Notes: generated by a model not told the origin, from the sequence alone. A DNA stretch of 64,000 nt from Eledone cirrhosa (GCA_964016885.1 OZ024750.1:24738001-24802000); one strand, 5' to 3'. Positions 38,455 through 52,700 are shown, counted from the stretch's first letter. Program-made: numbers and translations.

Positions 38455-40110
38455 ACTGTGTATGTCAGCATATGTGTGTGCGGCTGTGTGTGTGCTTATG
38501 TGTATGTCAGCATATCTGTGTGTGGCTGTGTGTGTGCTTATGTGTATGTCAGCATATGTGTGTGTGGCTGTGTGTGTGCTTATGTGTCTGTCAGCATATG
38601 TGTGTGTGGCTGTGTGTGTGCTTATGTGTATGTCAGCATATGTGTGTGTGGCTGTGTGTGTGCTTATGTGTATGTCAGCATATGTGTGTGTGGCTGTGTG
38701 TGTGTTTATGTGTATGTCAGCATATGTGTGTGTGGCTGTGTGTGTGCTTATGTGTATGTCAGCATATGTGTGTGTGTGGCTCCGTGTGTGCTTATGTGTA
38801 TGTCAGCATATGTGTGTGTGGCTGTGTGTGTGTGGCTGTGTGTGTGCTTATGTGTATGTCAGCATATGTGTGTGTGGCTGTGTGTGTGCTTATGTGTATG
38901 TCAGCATATGTGTGTGTGGCTGTGTGTGTGCTTATGTGTATGCCACCATATGTGTGTGTGTGTTTGCATATGTCTGTGTATGTACATTTGTGTGTTACTA
39001 TGTCAGCATGTGTGTGTGGCTGTGTGTGTGCTTATGTGTATGTCACCATATGTGTGTGTGTGTTTGCATATGTCTGTGTTTGTACATGTGTGTGTTAGTA
39101 TGTCAGCATATGTGTGTGGCTGTGTATATGCTTATGTGTATGTCACCATATGTGTGTGTGTTTGCATATGTCTGTTTGTACATGTGTGTATTAGTATGTC
39201 AGCATATGTGTGTGTTTGTGTTTGTGCGTGAGTGTGTGTCTCTGCATATGTGTGTGTGTGTGCTTGTGTGTATGTGAGTGTGTGTTTTTGCATATGTCTG
39301 TGTATGTATGTGTGTGTGCTTATGTGTATGTCAGCATATGTGTGTTTGCATATGTCTGTGTATGTGTGTGTGTCTCTGTATATATTTGTGTGCGCGTGTG
39401 TGTGCTTATGTATATGTGAGTGCATGTGTGTATGCGAGTGTTTGTATGTGAGTGTATGTGTATGTGTATGTGAGTGTATGTGTATATGTGTGTATGTGTA
39501 TGTGAGTGTATGTGTATGTATGTGAGTGTATGTGAGTGTGTATGTGTGTATGTGAGTGTGTATGTGTGTATGTAAGTGTGTATGTGTATGTGAGTGTATG
39601 TGTATGTGAGTGTGTATGTGTATGTGAGTGTATGTGTGTATGTGTATGTGAGTGTATGTGTGTATGTGAGTGTATGTGTGTATGTAAGTGTGTATGTGTA
39701 TGTGAGTGTATGTGTGTATGTGAGTGTGTATGTGTATGTGAGTGTATGTGTGTATGTGAGTGTGTGTGTCTATGTGAGTGTGTATGTGTATGTGAGTGTA
39801 TGTGTGTATGTGAGTGTATGTGTGTATGTGAGTGTATGTGTATGTGAGTGTATGTGTGTGAATGTGTATGTGTGTATGTGAGTGTGTATGTGTATGTGAG
39901 TGTATGTGTCTATGTGAGTGTGTATGTGTATGTGAATGTATGTGTATGTGAGTGTATGTGTGTATGTGAGTGTGTATGTGAATGTGTATGTGTGTATGTG
40001 AGTGTGTATGTGTATGTAAGTGTATGTGTGTATGTAAGTGTGTATGTGTATGTGAGTGTGTATGTGTCTATGTGAGTGTGTATGTGTAAGTGAGTGTATG
40101 TGTGTATGCA
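38455..40110. repeat. 42-bp GT-rich minisatellite grading into (GT/GAGT/GTAT)n
   Basis: Unit tatgtgtatgtcagcatatgtgtgtgtggctgtgtgtgtgct. Confidence 0.93.
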
Positions 40111-40344
40111 AAAAGAAAGAAGAATTATAAAAAGAAAGGAGATGCCAAGGTAAGAAAACGAGGTAATTAGCTTGATAGGTAAAAAGAATGAGATCAGGTG
40201 AAAAGAAAAAGGAAATAAAAGCAGAGAAAAAAAGAAAAGGATGTAAATAATGAGAAATCCTTCTTTCTCTCGTTAAATATGGCTTAATTAATATTCCCAA
40301 TCTCTAATTACAGGCCTGACAATATATAAATGTTGGAATAAACA

Positions 40345-40545
40345 GACTGACAACCATAACCACTTTTACTACTACTACCACTACTACTACTACCACTACT
40401 ACTACTACTACTACTATTACTACTACTACTACCACTACTACCACTACTATCAACACCATAACCACTTTTACTATTACTACTACTACTACTACTACTACCA
40501 CTACTACTATAACTACTATCAACACCATAACCACTTTTACTACTA

Positions 40546-40581
<36 letters not shown>

Positions 40582-41280
40582 TTATTACTACTACTACCAT
40601 CACTACTATCAACACCATAACCTCTTTTACTATTACTACTACTACTACTATTACCACTACTACTACTACTACTACTACTACCACTACTATCACTACTATC
40701 AACACCATAACCACTTTTACTATTACTACTACTACTACTACTACTACTATTATTACTACTACTACCATCACTACTATCAACACCATAACCTCTTTTACTA
40801 TTACTACTACTACTACTATTACCACTACTACTACTACTACTACTACTACCACTACTATCACTACTATCAACACCATAACCACTTTTACTATTACTACTAC
40901 TACTACTACTACTACTATTACTACTACTACTACCACTACTATAACTACTATCAACACCATAACCACTTTTACTACTACTACTACCACTATTATCACTACT
41001 ATCAACACCATAACCACTTTTACTATTACTACTACTACTACTACTACTACCACTACTATCACTACTATCAACACCATAACCACTTTTACTACTACTACTA
41101 CTACTACTACCACTACTATCACTACTGTCAACACCATTACCACTACCACTACTACCACTACTATCACTACTGTCAACACCATTACCACTACCACTACTAC
41201 CACTACCAAACCATTACCACAGTTACTACCACCACTACCACTGTTACTACTACCACTACCAACACCATTACCACTTTATT
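40345..41280. repeat. (TAC)n compound repeat with a recurring atcaacaccataaccacttt motif
   Basis: Direct inspection. Confidence 0.93.
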
Positions 41281-41544
41281 AGAACCATTATCACCCTAGA
41301 ATTAGCTGCTATGTCACTCCCAAGACTCTCAACTGCCTCAAAAATTTAATTAATTGATGGGATGGTCACAGCTGGAATGTCTTTAATCATAATTCTGCTG
41401 GATCAAGGCTGAGCTGGAAGATAAAAGCAACAATAACTACATAATTCCTTTTTAAGTTCTTCTATTATATAAATGTGGAAGCATTGTAACCATGTCCTGA
41501 GAGAAAACATGTCAGTGTGGTCATATATATATGACAAAATATAA

Positions 41545-42430
41545 ACTTCTTCTTCACCCACTTATTCCTGAGAGGGTGATGGGTGTGGAGCCCTCAAACA
41601 CTCCTTCCAGAAGGTCCTGTCAGAAGCAACCATCTCCAACTGTTGCGTCCAGATCCTCAAGTGAGACCAGCCCAAGCTAATGGATTTTATACAACCATCT
41701 TCCTTGAGGTCTACCCCTGGGTCTCCTGCCGGTTGGTTTTTGCCCATAAAATCTGTCCAGCAATTCTTTTTTTTTTTAACCGCATGCCCATAGTAGAGAA
41801 GTTCAAGTATCTCAACCATCTTCCTTGGGGTCTACCCCTGGGTCTCATGCCAGTTGGTTTTTGCCCATAAAATCTGTCCAGCAATTCTTTTTTAACCACA
41901 TGCCCATAGTAGAGAAGTTCAAGTATCTCAACCATCTTCCTTGAGGTCTACCCCTGGGTCTCATGCCAGTTGGTTTTTGCCCATAAAATCTGTCCAGCAA
42001 TTCTTTTTTAACCACATGCCCATAGTAGAGAAATTCAAGTATCTCAACCATCTTCCTTGAGGTCTACCCCTGGGTCTCATGCCAGTTGGTTTTTGCCCAT
42101 AAAATCTGTCCAGCAATTCTTTTTTAACCACATGCCCATAGTAGAGAAGTTCAAGTATCTCAACCATCTTCCTTGAGGTCTACCCCTGGGTCTCATGCCA
42201 GTTGGTTTTTGCCCATAAAATCTGTCCAGCAATTCTTTTTTAACCACATGCCCATAGTAGAAAAGTTCAAGTATCTCAACCATCTTCCTTGAGGTCTACC
42301 CCTGGGTCTCATGCCAGTTGGTTTTTGCCCATAAAATCTGTCCAGCAATTCTTTTTTAACCACATGCCCATAGTAGAAAAGTTCAAGTATCTCAGGGCCA
42401 TGTTTACATGTGATGGAAGACAGGAGGCTG

Positions 42431-42435
<5 letters not shown>
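41545..42435 (-). mobile_element. RTE LINE 3' end with 5' inversion; junction amplified as a 116-bp tandem repeat (~6 copies)
   Basis: Minus: LYYGHV..RIAGQILWAKPTG.RPRGRPQGRW..ASDRTFWKECL* plus (GAA)n tail. Plus at ~42373-42436: VEKFKYLRAMFTCDGRQEAE. Confidence 0.8.
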
Positions 42436-42470
<35 letters not shown>

Positions 42471-42473
<3 letters not shown>

Positions 42474-43150
42474 AATAATGGAGCTGCAGCGCTGCAAATG
42501 GGTTACATATGAAAAAGTTTGACCTCATCAGTGGCCATCCAACCGTCGTAGGCATTTCGTCGCATTAAAGGCCATATACCTCAGGTTGGTGCGAGCAACG
42601 GCTAAAAAAAAGTCGTTGGGACACGTAAATAAAGGGGACGCTAGGGTAAACAAACAAAATGGTTTAAGCAGCAGAAAGTGATGAAGAAGAAAGAAACAAG
42701 TCCCAGATTTCTATGAATATAAATTCGGTGGAATCGTAAACGAGAGAATAAAGACCATCAAACCTGGTTGAAATGTGAGCAAGGAAGGAATTTCGCACAG
42801 GTCTAACAGGAGGAAGAAGGGGTCTGGTCTGCGAATTCGGTAAACATAAGTTCTGTGAAGTCGCAGACGAGAGAGAGAGAAAAAAAATTCATACCGGCTT
42901 GGCCAAGTGCCCGCGAGAAAAGGATTACGGACAGGTCAAACAGGAAGAAAGGGGAGGAGGAGAGGTAGTGACAGAGAGTGAGTGAGTGAAAGGTGAGGAA
43001 GAGGCTAACAGAGAGAGAGAGAGACTGCTAGAAAGGGTAAAGACACAAAGAACGAAACAGACTGGTGGCAGCGGAGGAAAAAATATATGTGTAAATATGA
43101 TGATAATGGAGCTGCGGCGCTGCAAATGGGTTACATGTGAAAAAGTTTGT
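42471..43150 (-). mobile_element. ~625-bp non-coding element with terminal direct repeat, flanked by (TA)n; pLTR-like
   Basis: gataataatggagctgc..ttacatatgaaaaagtttg at 42471 recurs at 43099; homologous to 44496-45309. Confidence 0.7.
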
Positions 43151-44463
43151 CATATATATATAAGGATGTGCATGTATTTATATTTACTAAGTGGTTCAAC
43201 CAAAAGAGAGTGAGAAAATATCTACCAGACTTGAAAAAAAAAGCTACTGGAGTCAATAGAAGTGTCTAAAACACTTGAAGGTTGTGCTCCAGCATGACCA
43301 CAGTCTAATAACTAAAACCAGTAAAATAAAAAAAAAATCATGATCTCTGTATACTCAACTTTTTGGTTTGGCAATATCGGTAGAGCATCAGACACCATGC
43401 TTTGCAAGCACAGGAGTTATGGCCCTTTACCCTTTAAGTTCAAATCCCTCCAGGTTAAGTTTGCCTTTCATCTTTACGGGTTCAATAAAATAAAGCATCA
43501 GTAATACACTGGGGTAATTGCTGGCCTTGTGCCAAAAGTAGAGTCGGACACCATGCTTTGCAGCATAGAGTTACGGCCTTTTATGATCTAAAGTTCAAAT
43601 CACGCCGAGGTTAATTTCGCCTTTCATCTTTACGGGGTCGATAAAATAAAGTACCAGTCACGTACTGGGGTCGATTGAAATCGACTTTCACCTCCCCCCC
43701 CCAAAATTGCTGGCCTTGTACCTATATAAGAAATCATTATCAGTATCGGAAGAGGGTCGGACACCATGCTTTGCAGCATAGTTACATCCCTTTATGGTCT
43801 GAGTTCAAATCCCGCCAAGGTTAACTTTGCCTTTCATCCTTACGGGGAGGGGGGGGGTCAATAAAATAAAGTACCAGTAATACACTGGGATAATTGCTGG
43901 CCTTGTACCAAAAGTAGAAACAATTATTATGATAAATAGTTGAAAAAAAATGTCCATTGATACAATTACAAACTTGTAGCTTGGTTTATTCTTGTTTGTT
44001 TGTTTTGGGTTTTTTCAATAAATAGTATTTGCATGAACCCTTAAAGTTTTTATTCGATCTAATCCTTTTTTAAAACACAACAACAAATATTTAAACTCCC
44101 TGGTTAAATGTTTGTATAAAAGCAAGTAATGGAGCTATTTAATGTGTTTGGAGATTTGTAAGAACATTTATGTTTATTGATGGCTTCTAAGAACAGCTGT
44201 TAATATATTCATCACTGAACTTGCCTATAAATATGAGAAAAGTATTGAAGCATGCAGGGAAAAAAAGTCTATTTGATAGGAACAACATTTTAAAGCTTAT
44301 CTTGTAGATAGCATCAAGGGATTTATTTTTCAAATAGCAATTTGATGATTTTTAAAATAGTGTGAGTCATGCTCACACTACTTTAAAAATCAAATTGTGA
44401 AACCAAATTAAGTTAATGTATGTGCATATAATATATATATATACATATTATATAAACTATGTG

Positions 44464-44495
<32 letters not shown>

Positions 44496-45309
44496 GATAA
44501 TAATGGAGCTGTGGCGTTGCAAATGGGTTACATATGAAAAAAGTGGGTCCTTCGTCAGTGATCTTCCAACCATCTTAGGCATTTCATCGCTTTAAAGACC
44601 ATATACCTCCAGTTGGTGCGAGCAACGGCTAAAAAAAGTCGTTGGGACACGTAAATAAAGGGGACACGAGTGTAAACAAACAAAATGGTGAAGCAACAGA
44701 AAGTGCGGAAGAAAGAGACAAGTCCCAAATTTCTATGAATTTAAATTCGGTGAAATCGTGAACGAGACAATAAAGACCATCAAACCTGGTTGAAATGTGA
44801 GCAAGGAAGGAATTTCGCACAGGTCTAACGGGAGGAAGAAGGGGTCTGGTCTGCGAATTCGGTAAACATAAGTTCTGTGAAGTCGCAGACGAGAGAGAGA
44901 AAAATTTCGACCGGGTTGGCCGAGCGTGCGAGAGAAAAGAATTACGGACAGGTCAAACGGGAAGAAAGAGGAGGAGGAGAGGTAGTGACAGAGAATGAGT
45001 GAGTGAAGGGTGAGGAAGAGGCTAACAGAGAGAGAGAGAGACTGCTAGAAAGGGTAAAGATACAGAGAACAAAAAAGACTGGTGGCAGCGGAGGAAAAAA
45101 ATATGTGTATATATGATAATAATGGAGCTGCGGTGCTGCAAATGGGTTACATAAGAAAAAAGTGGGTCCTTCGTCAGTGATCTTCCAACCATCATAGGCA
45201 TTTCATCGCTTTAAAGACCATATACCTCCGGTTGGTGCGAGCAGCGGCTAAAAAAAGTCATTGGGACACGTAAATAAAGGGGACACGAGTGTAAACAAAC
45301 AAAATGGTG
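44496..45309 (-). mobile_element. Second copy of the ~620-bp element as a 1.3-mer partial tandem in (TA)n
   Basis: Unit 44496-45114 is repeated at 45115-45309. Confidence 0.75.
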
Positions 45310-45484
45310 ATATATATATATATATATATATATTATATGAAGTATGTGTATATAATGTATATATATATATACATATTATATACACATATGATGATGATGA
45401 TGATGATGATATATATATATATATATAGATATAGATATGGACATATTTATATATATATATATATATATATATAGATATAGATAT

Positions 45485-45529
<45 letters not shown>

Positions 45530-45824
45530 GATATAGAGATGTATATATATATATAATAGAAAAAAACAAGGAAGTCTTGTTTACATATGAAAAATTTTTA
45601 TTGCATATCGACCTGTTACACGTGTTTCACAGAGGATTGGTTGAAGGTGACCCACAATCATCATCATCATCATCATCGTTCAACGTCCATCTTCCACGCT
45701 AACATGGGTTAGATGGTTTTGTTCCATTCGATGTGGGATTGGTCAGGAGACCATGTCTCACTCATACGGAAGTGTCTCTGGCAGGTTTTCTATGGCTGGA
45801 TGCCCTTCCTAATGTCAACTACTT

Positions 45825-47064
45825 TTACAGTGTGGACTGGGAGCCTTTTTACCGTGTCTCCTACATGACCACTTTACAGTGTGGACTGGGAGCCTTTTTA
45901 CCATGTCTCCTACACGACCACTTTACAGTGTGGACTGGGAGCCTTTTTACCATGTGACCTACATGACCACTTTACAGTATGGACTGGGAGCCTTTTTACC
46001 ATGTCTCCTACACGACCACTTTACAGTGTGGACTGGGAGCCTTTTTACTGTGTCTCCTACACGACCACTTTACAGTGTGGACTGGGAGCCTTTTTACCAT
46101 GTGACCTACATGACCACTTTACAGTGTGGACTGGGAGCCTTTTTACCATGTCTCCTACACGACCACTTTACAGTGCGGACTGGGAGCCTTTTTACCATGT
46201 CTCCTACACGGCCACTTTACAGTGTGGACTGGGAGCCTTTTTACCGTGTCTCCTACACGACCACTTTACAGTGTGGACTGGGAGCCTTTTTACCATGTGA
46301 CCTACATGACCACTTTACAGTATGGACTGGGAGCCTTTTTACCATGTCTCCTACACGACCACTTTACAGTGTGGACTGGGAGCCTTTTTACCATGTGACC
46401 TACATGACCACTTTACAGTGTGGACTGGGAGCCTTTTTACCGTGTCTCCTACATGACCACTTTACAGTGTGGACTGGGAGCCTTTTTACCATGTCTCCTA
46501 CACGACCACTTTACAGTGTGGAGTGGGAGCCTTTTTACCATGTGACCTACATGACCACTTTACAGTGTGGACTGGGAGCCTTTTTACCGTGTCTCCTACA
46601 TGACCACTTTACAGTGTGGACTGGGAGCCTTTTTACCATGTCTCCTACATGACCACTTTACAGTGTGGACTGGGAGCCTTTTTACCATGTCTCCTACATG
46701 ACCACCTTACAGTGCGGACTGGGAGCCTTTTTACCGTGTCTCCTACATGACCACTTTACAGTGTGGACTGGGAGCCTTTTTACCATGTCTCCTACATGAC
46801 CACTTTACAGTGTGGACTGGGAGCCTTTTTACCATGTCTCCTACATGACCACTTTACAGTGTGGACTGGGAGCCTTTTTACCGTGTCACCTACAAGACCA
46901 CTTTACAGTGTGGACTGGGAGCCTTTTTACCGTGTCTTCTACATGACCACCTTACAGTGTGGACTGGGAGCCTTTTTACCATGTCTTCTACACAACCAGT
47001 TTACAGTGTGGACTGGGAGCCTTTTTACCATGTCTTCTACACGACCACTTTACAGTGTGGACTG
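45825..47064. repeat. 49-bp tandem repeat, ~25 copies, homologous to the 32.5 kb array
   Basis: Unit gaccactttacagtgtggactgggagcctttttaccatgtctcctacat. Confidence 0.96.
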
Positions 47065-47309
47065 ATATATATGTGTGTATGTATGTGAATGTATGTATGT
47101 ATATATGTATGTATATATATATATGTATGTATTTGTGAGTTTTTTATCGAATAGAAAAAATATTTGATTCATTTACAAGCAAACAGTCTCATCACACTAT
47201 ATTTTTTAGATGTCAAAATAGAGAAAGGACAATGAACAAGAAACAATATTGTTGATTGTTTCTCTGTATCACCGCTAGAACAAAAGGCTGGAAATGGTCC
47301 TCTGTAGCA

Positions 47310-47625
47310 GATGAAGTGTACAAGGGAGACTGTGCTGGTGGAGACATGTGATACACATAGAAGGAATTATATGAAGTGTGAAAAGGAGACTGTGCTGGTA
47401 TAGACATGGCATACACATGAAGGCTAGAAGTAATTAAATGAAGTGTGCAAGGGAGACTGTGCTGGTATAGACATGTCATTCACACAAACGATAGAAGGAA
47501 TTATATGAAGTGTGCAAGGGAGACTGTGCTGGTATAGACATGTCATACACATAAAGGCTAGAAGTAATTAGATGAAGTGTGCAAGGGAGACTGTGCTGGT
47601 GTAGACATGTGATACCCATGAAGGG
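47310..47625. repeat. ~65-bp tandem repeat, 5 copies
   Basis: gaagtgtgcaagggagactgtgctggtatagacatg recurs. Confidence 0.88.
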
Positions 47626-48011
47626 TGACAGTGGCAATTGATCCAAGTGGAAAGATGTGGTAAACTAAATAAAATAGAGGAAGGAATGGTGATGGTTGAT
47701 CTCAACAAGTTGAACCTCAACAAAGAAATATCAAAGAACTGCCACAAGTGACAAGAAACTGCGATAGAGAAAACCCATCCAATCTATGTTAACATGGATA
47801 AACAAATGTAATAAAATGATGATGATGATGATGATGATGATGATGCAGCAGGTGCAGATGATGCAGATCGCTGCATGCAGCATAGAAATAAAAAAATTAA
47901 AAAAAACACATGCTACTGTCATTCTTTTATTGCAATTGTTACTGGAGATTACGCAATAACTACACAACATATGGAACTGTGTGATGCATGTAAAATTGCA
48001 CTCATACCTTG

Positions 48012-48211
48012 NNNNNNNNNNNNNNNNNNNNNNNNNNNNNNNNNNNNNNNNNNNNNNNNNNNNNNNNNNNNNNNNNNNNNNNNNNNNNNNNNNNNNNNNN
48101 NNNNNNNNNNNNNNNNNNNNNNNNNNNNNNNNNNNNNNNNNNNNNNNNNNNNNNNNNNNNNNNNNNNNNNNNNNNNNNNNNNNNNNNNNNNNNNNNNNNN
48201 NNNNNNNNNNN
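48012..48211. other. Assembly gap (200 N)
   Basis: Run of N. Confidence 0.99.
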
Positions 48212-48734
48212 GTGGAGACTCCACCTCTCTCTTCTCCCTAGAAATATTTGTTCACTATCTGGTGGACAACTGCCTCCTCCTCTCCCTAGAAATATTTGTT
48301 CCCTATCTGGTGGACAACACCCTCTTTCTCCCCAGAAATATTTCAGGTTAGCACTGCTGCTAAATACCTCCTACTTATCACAAGGAGCTGTGCCTTCATA
48401 TAAGCTATGTAAATGAGATTCTAATTCAATTATCAGGAATTCAAAGTGAGAAAGTGAAACTTTGTAAATCAATATAAATATCTATTAGGTTCCATCCATG
48501 TGTTTTAAAAACTTATACTTAAGTCCAGTTTTGTAATATTGAGTACATCAGATTGAATCTTCTTTAACCTTTAGGAGGCTGAATTTTTTAATGAATTGAG
48601 GAGATTACTCTATCAGTAACTTATGTCACCAACAGTGCCAAGAGGATTAAGTAAAGTCCCAGTTTACCTAGAGTAACATTCCAAGAAGATCAGGCATAAT
48701 TTCTTAATAGCTGGCAAAAATTGAATAACTAAGA

Positions 48735-49120
48735 AGTGGTTAAAATGTACTGCCAATAATAAGGGGAAGTGGTTTAAGATGTACTACCAGTGATAAGGAG
48801 GGTTAAGATGTATTGTCAGTAATAAGGAGGGGTTAAGATGTACTGTCAGTAATAAGGAGGGGTTAAGATGTACTGTCAGTAATAAGGAGGGGTTAAAATG
48901 TACTGTCAGTAATAAGGAGGGGTTAAGATGTATTGTCAATAATAAGGAGGAGTTAAGATGTACTGTCAGTAATAAGGAGGGGTTAAGATGTATTGTCAGT
49001 AATAAGAAGGGGTTAAGATGTACTGTCAGTAATAAGGAGGGGTTAAGATGTACTGTCAGTAATAAGGAGGGGTTAAGATGTACTGTCAGTAATAAGGAGG
49101 AGTTAAGATGTACTGTCAAT
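48735..49120. repeat. 30-bp minisatellite, ~12 copies
   Basis: Unit ggggttaagatgtactgtcagtaataagga. Confidence 0.95.
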
Positions 49121-50974
49121 ATATAACAAGTTGTGGATAGTTGCCGAATTTCTCATCCTCTCTTTTTTTTTTTTTTTTTTTTGTTGGTTTTGTTCAGTCT
49201 CAGCCCAACAATGAGGCCTTTTGCAGCTCTCTGAATAAAAACATTTTTTTCTCGAGATATCTTGATATTTCAAAGTCGTATTTGTTTAGCAAGTGACTTG
49301 ATCTGAGACCATCAAGCAATTGTACCGTGGGAAAGCCATTCTTATCATTTAAAGACACACAAAAATTGTTACACACACTTACCGTTTATTTCAAAGAAGT
49401 TCAATGAAAGCTTTGACACCTCACAAAATAAATAACAAGTGAATATAACAGCTTTTGTGTAATTTTTTTGGTTTTAAATGCCTCTTGGCTAAAATGTTTC
49501 CATAATGTCTAAATATTATTAGACTAAAATCTTTCTTCTGACACACACACACACATCAATAAGTTGTTAAATATCAATGAACTTGATCAGTTTGGTCTTC
49601 ATCCCAAGCTGATGAAAAGGTCCTGAGGGGGTCTAATTTCATAGCAAGACTTCATCATCAACATCATCATTGATTAACGTCCATCTTCCACGCTAGCATG
49701 AGTTAGACGGGTCCTATTCTGAAGCAAGTTGTGTCGGGTGACCATGTCTCGCTCATATAGGGATGTTGCTGGCTGATTTTCTACTGCTGGATGCCCTTCC
49801 TAATTCCAACCTCATTTACAGTGTGGGCTCGGTGCTTTTTGCCGTGTCTTTTACACGTCTTACTGTATATAATTAAATATAAGTCAAGCCCCCCCCCCAC
49901 ACACACACACACACACCACCACCACCACCACCAATTTTATGTCTGAGAAATAGGCAAAAATCCAGCCCTATTTATAAGTCGAATCAGCTAACTAATACAC
50001 GTTTAGATGGCATGGTTTTGAAATTCTCATGAGTGGTGAATATATTTATGAAATTTTAATATTTTGATAGTTCAAACGTTTTAAGTGTCATTAAGTGTAT
50101 AGCTTTTGTTTCGCAACTCCATTACATAATGATTTTTTTACCAATTTCTGACCATTTTCAAGGCCATATTCATTTAAAACATATAAAAAATAATAGGAAA
50201 TAGGAATTTCATGTCATGTAATATTCACCTCCAATGCAAAAATATTTTAGCACCTCATTTACGTAGAATTTTGAAGTTGATGAAAATCAGCAAAATATTG
50301 ACCTTGCCAACCCTACCATTTTACCATCATATTTTTTTTGTCATATATTTGTTTGCTTATATATATATATAACCCGCCAGACTTGCCTCAAGTGGGAAAA
50401 CTCCCGTCCAAACCCATGCAAGCGTGGAATGTGGACGTTAAACGATGATGATGATGATGATGATATATATATATGCTAAATACATAAGTTTCTGTTTCCA
50501 TGAAACATTAAGTGCCATACACAACATTCTTGTATATATCTTTTCTAGTTGTTTTATTGTTCCATGTTTCTGATCAATGCAAGAGAACAGACTCCATTGT
50601 TGCAATAAAAGCCTTTCTTTAACCCTTTGGCATTTAAACCAGCCATATCCGCCAGAATTCTCTCACCTCTCACTATTCAAACCGGCCATAACTGGCCACT
50701 CATACTGATTTTAAGGTATTATTCTCAAAATAAAACATATCAAAATCTTATAGATTTGATATTATTCAGATGACAAATATTTCTTTCACAAGTGAATATT
50801 ACATTCCCCTTTAACAAAGTACTTTTATTGTTGCTCTCACCATTACAGAAGGGCTTTCTATATTTTGTAATCATCATCATCATCATCATCGTTTAACGTC
50901 CGTGTTCCATGCTTGCATGGGTTTGGACGGGAGTTTTCCCACTTGAGGCAAGAGTGGCTGTCTTGCTCGCATAG

Positions 50975-51340
50975 GACTGTCTGGCGGGTTTTCTACAGTT
51001 GGATGCCCTTCCTAACACCAACCACATTTACAGTGTGGGGCTGGGAGGTTTTTACCGTGTTGCCTACACGGCCACATTACAGCGTGGAGTGTCTGGCGGG
51101 TTTTCTACAGTTGGATGCCCTTCCTAACACCAACCACATTTACAGTGTGGGGCTGGGAGGTTTTTACCGTGTTGCCTACACGGTCACATTACAGCGTGGA
51201 CTGTCTGGCGGGTTTTCTACAGCTGGATGCCCTTCCTAACACCAACCACATTTACAGTGTGGGACTGGGACGTTTTTACCGTGTTGCCTACACGGTCACA
51301 TTACAGCGTGGACTGTGTGTTTTTTTGTCGTGACACCTAC
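50975..51340. repeat. 112-bp tandem repeat (3 copies) within an RTE-tailed SINE-like repeat
   Basis: tgtctggcgggttttctacag..ggatgcccttcctaacaccaaccacatttacagtgtggg repeated. Confidence 0.9.
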
Positions 51341-51404
51341 ACATATATATGTATATATTTTATATATACATATACATACATATATCTAAAAAAAAGTCTA
51401 AAGT

Positions 51405-51677
51405 TTGTCTTAAGCCAGAAGGCTCATTTGGCCAGTGCTTATCCCGGTTTTATGGCGTGAAGCGACTGAGAGTACAAGACCCCACCCCTGGACAGAACGC
51501 CAGTCCATCTCAGGGTTAAACCCCCAGCTATTGCTGGTACTCATTTTCAGCTGAGTATACTGGAGCAACGTCAAATGAAGTGTTTTAGTCTAGAACACAA
51601 CGCACAACCCAGGAATCAAACCCACGACATTATGATTGTAAATCCAACACCCTTACCACTAGGCCACATGCCTCCAC
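51405..51677 (-). mobile_element. tRNA-derived SINE family D
   Basis: Head tggaggcatgtggcctagtggtaaggg..gggtttgattcc, with a distinct tail (ggccagtgcttatcccggtttt on the plus strand). Confidence 0.75.
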
Positions 51678-51826
51678 CATACATATATGCATACATATAC
51701 ATACATACATATATACACACACACACACACACATACATATATACACACACACACACACATATACATATATACACACACACACACACATATACATATATAC
51801 ACACACACACACACATATACATATAT

Positions 51827-51898
<72 letters not shown>

Positions 51899-51899
51899 T

Positions 51900-51936
<37 letters not shown>

Positions 51937-52485
51937 GGGGCAAATGAGAAGATGGTAAATCCCTAAGGCAATCAGATATGAAAGAGAGATTCTAAATGAT
52001 TTTAATGGTATTTATATGGAAATTACTGCAGTGTTATCACAAAATATGAGTAAATATGTTTAAAAGATTTTTTTTATGAGTGTTATACCCACTCTTTTGA
52101 AGTAAGTCTTTAAAATGTCGAATGTTTTACATTTAAACAGTTGAAATAACTGTTATTGTTGTTCTTACTGTGAAATCTTTTGAGTCAGCTTTGCAAAACC
52201 AGACTTATTGGCATCAAAGTAATTGGTTAAATATTTGAAAATCATTACTACTGGATGATTTCATAGTTCAGTGACCTTATAAGTTAAACTTGGCAGTGTG
52301 TACTGGGAGCATTCACTTCTGTATTGATATCATCAGTTAAAGCAGTCAAAAGGTTAACCCTTTAGCATTTACATTACTTTATATTTACTATTATATTTTC
52401 ATGGTAAAGGCTTTATCTCACATAATATCGAATCTCTGAGAGAGCTGAAGAGAGTATGGACATTGCAGACAAGTAGAAGGCTTAA

Positions 52486-52696
52486 CTCTTTAGCATCTAT
52501 ATATACTATTGTATTTTCATGGTAAACACTTTACCTCACATAATTATCTCATGTAATATCAAATCTATGAGATTTTGATATCATTTATTTTGAGAATAGT
52601 ACCTTAAAATTAGTATGAGTGGCCAGTTACGGCCAGTTTGAGCAGAGAGAGGTGAAAGAATTCTGGCTGGATATGGCTGGTTTAAATGCCAAAGTG
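52486..52696. mobile_element. piggyBac-type MITE (partial copies at 50621-50765 and 52357-52440)
   Basis: TTAA-flanked family member. Confidence 0.8.
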
Positions 52697-52700
52697 TTAA

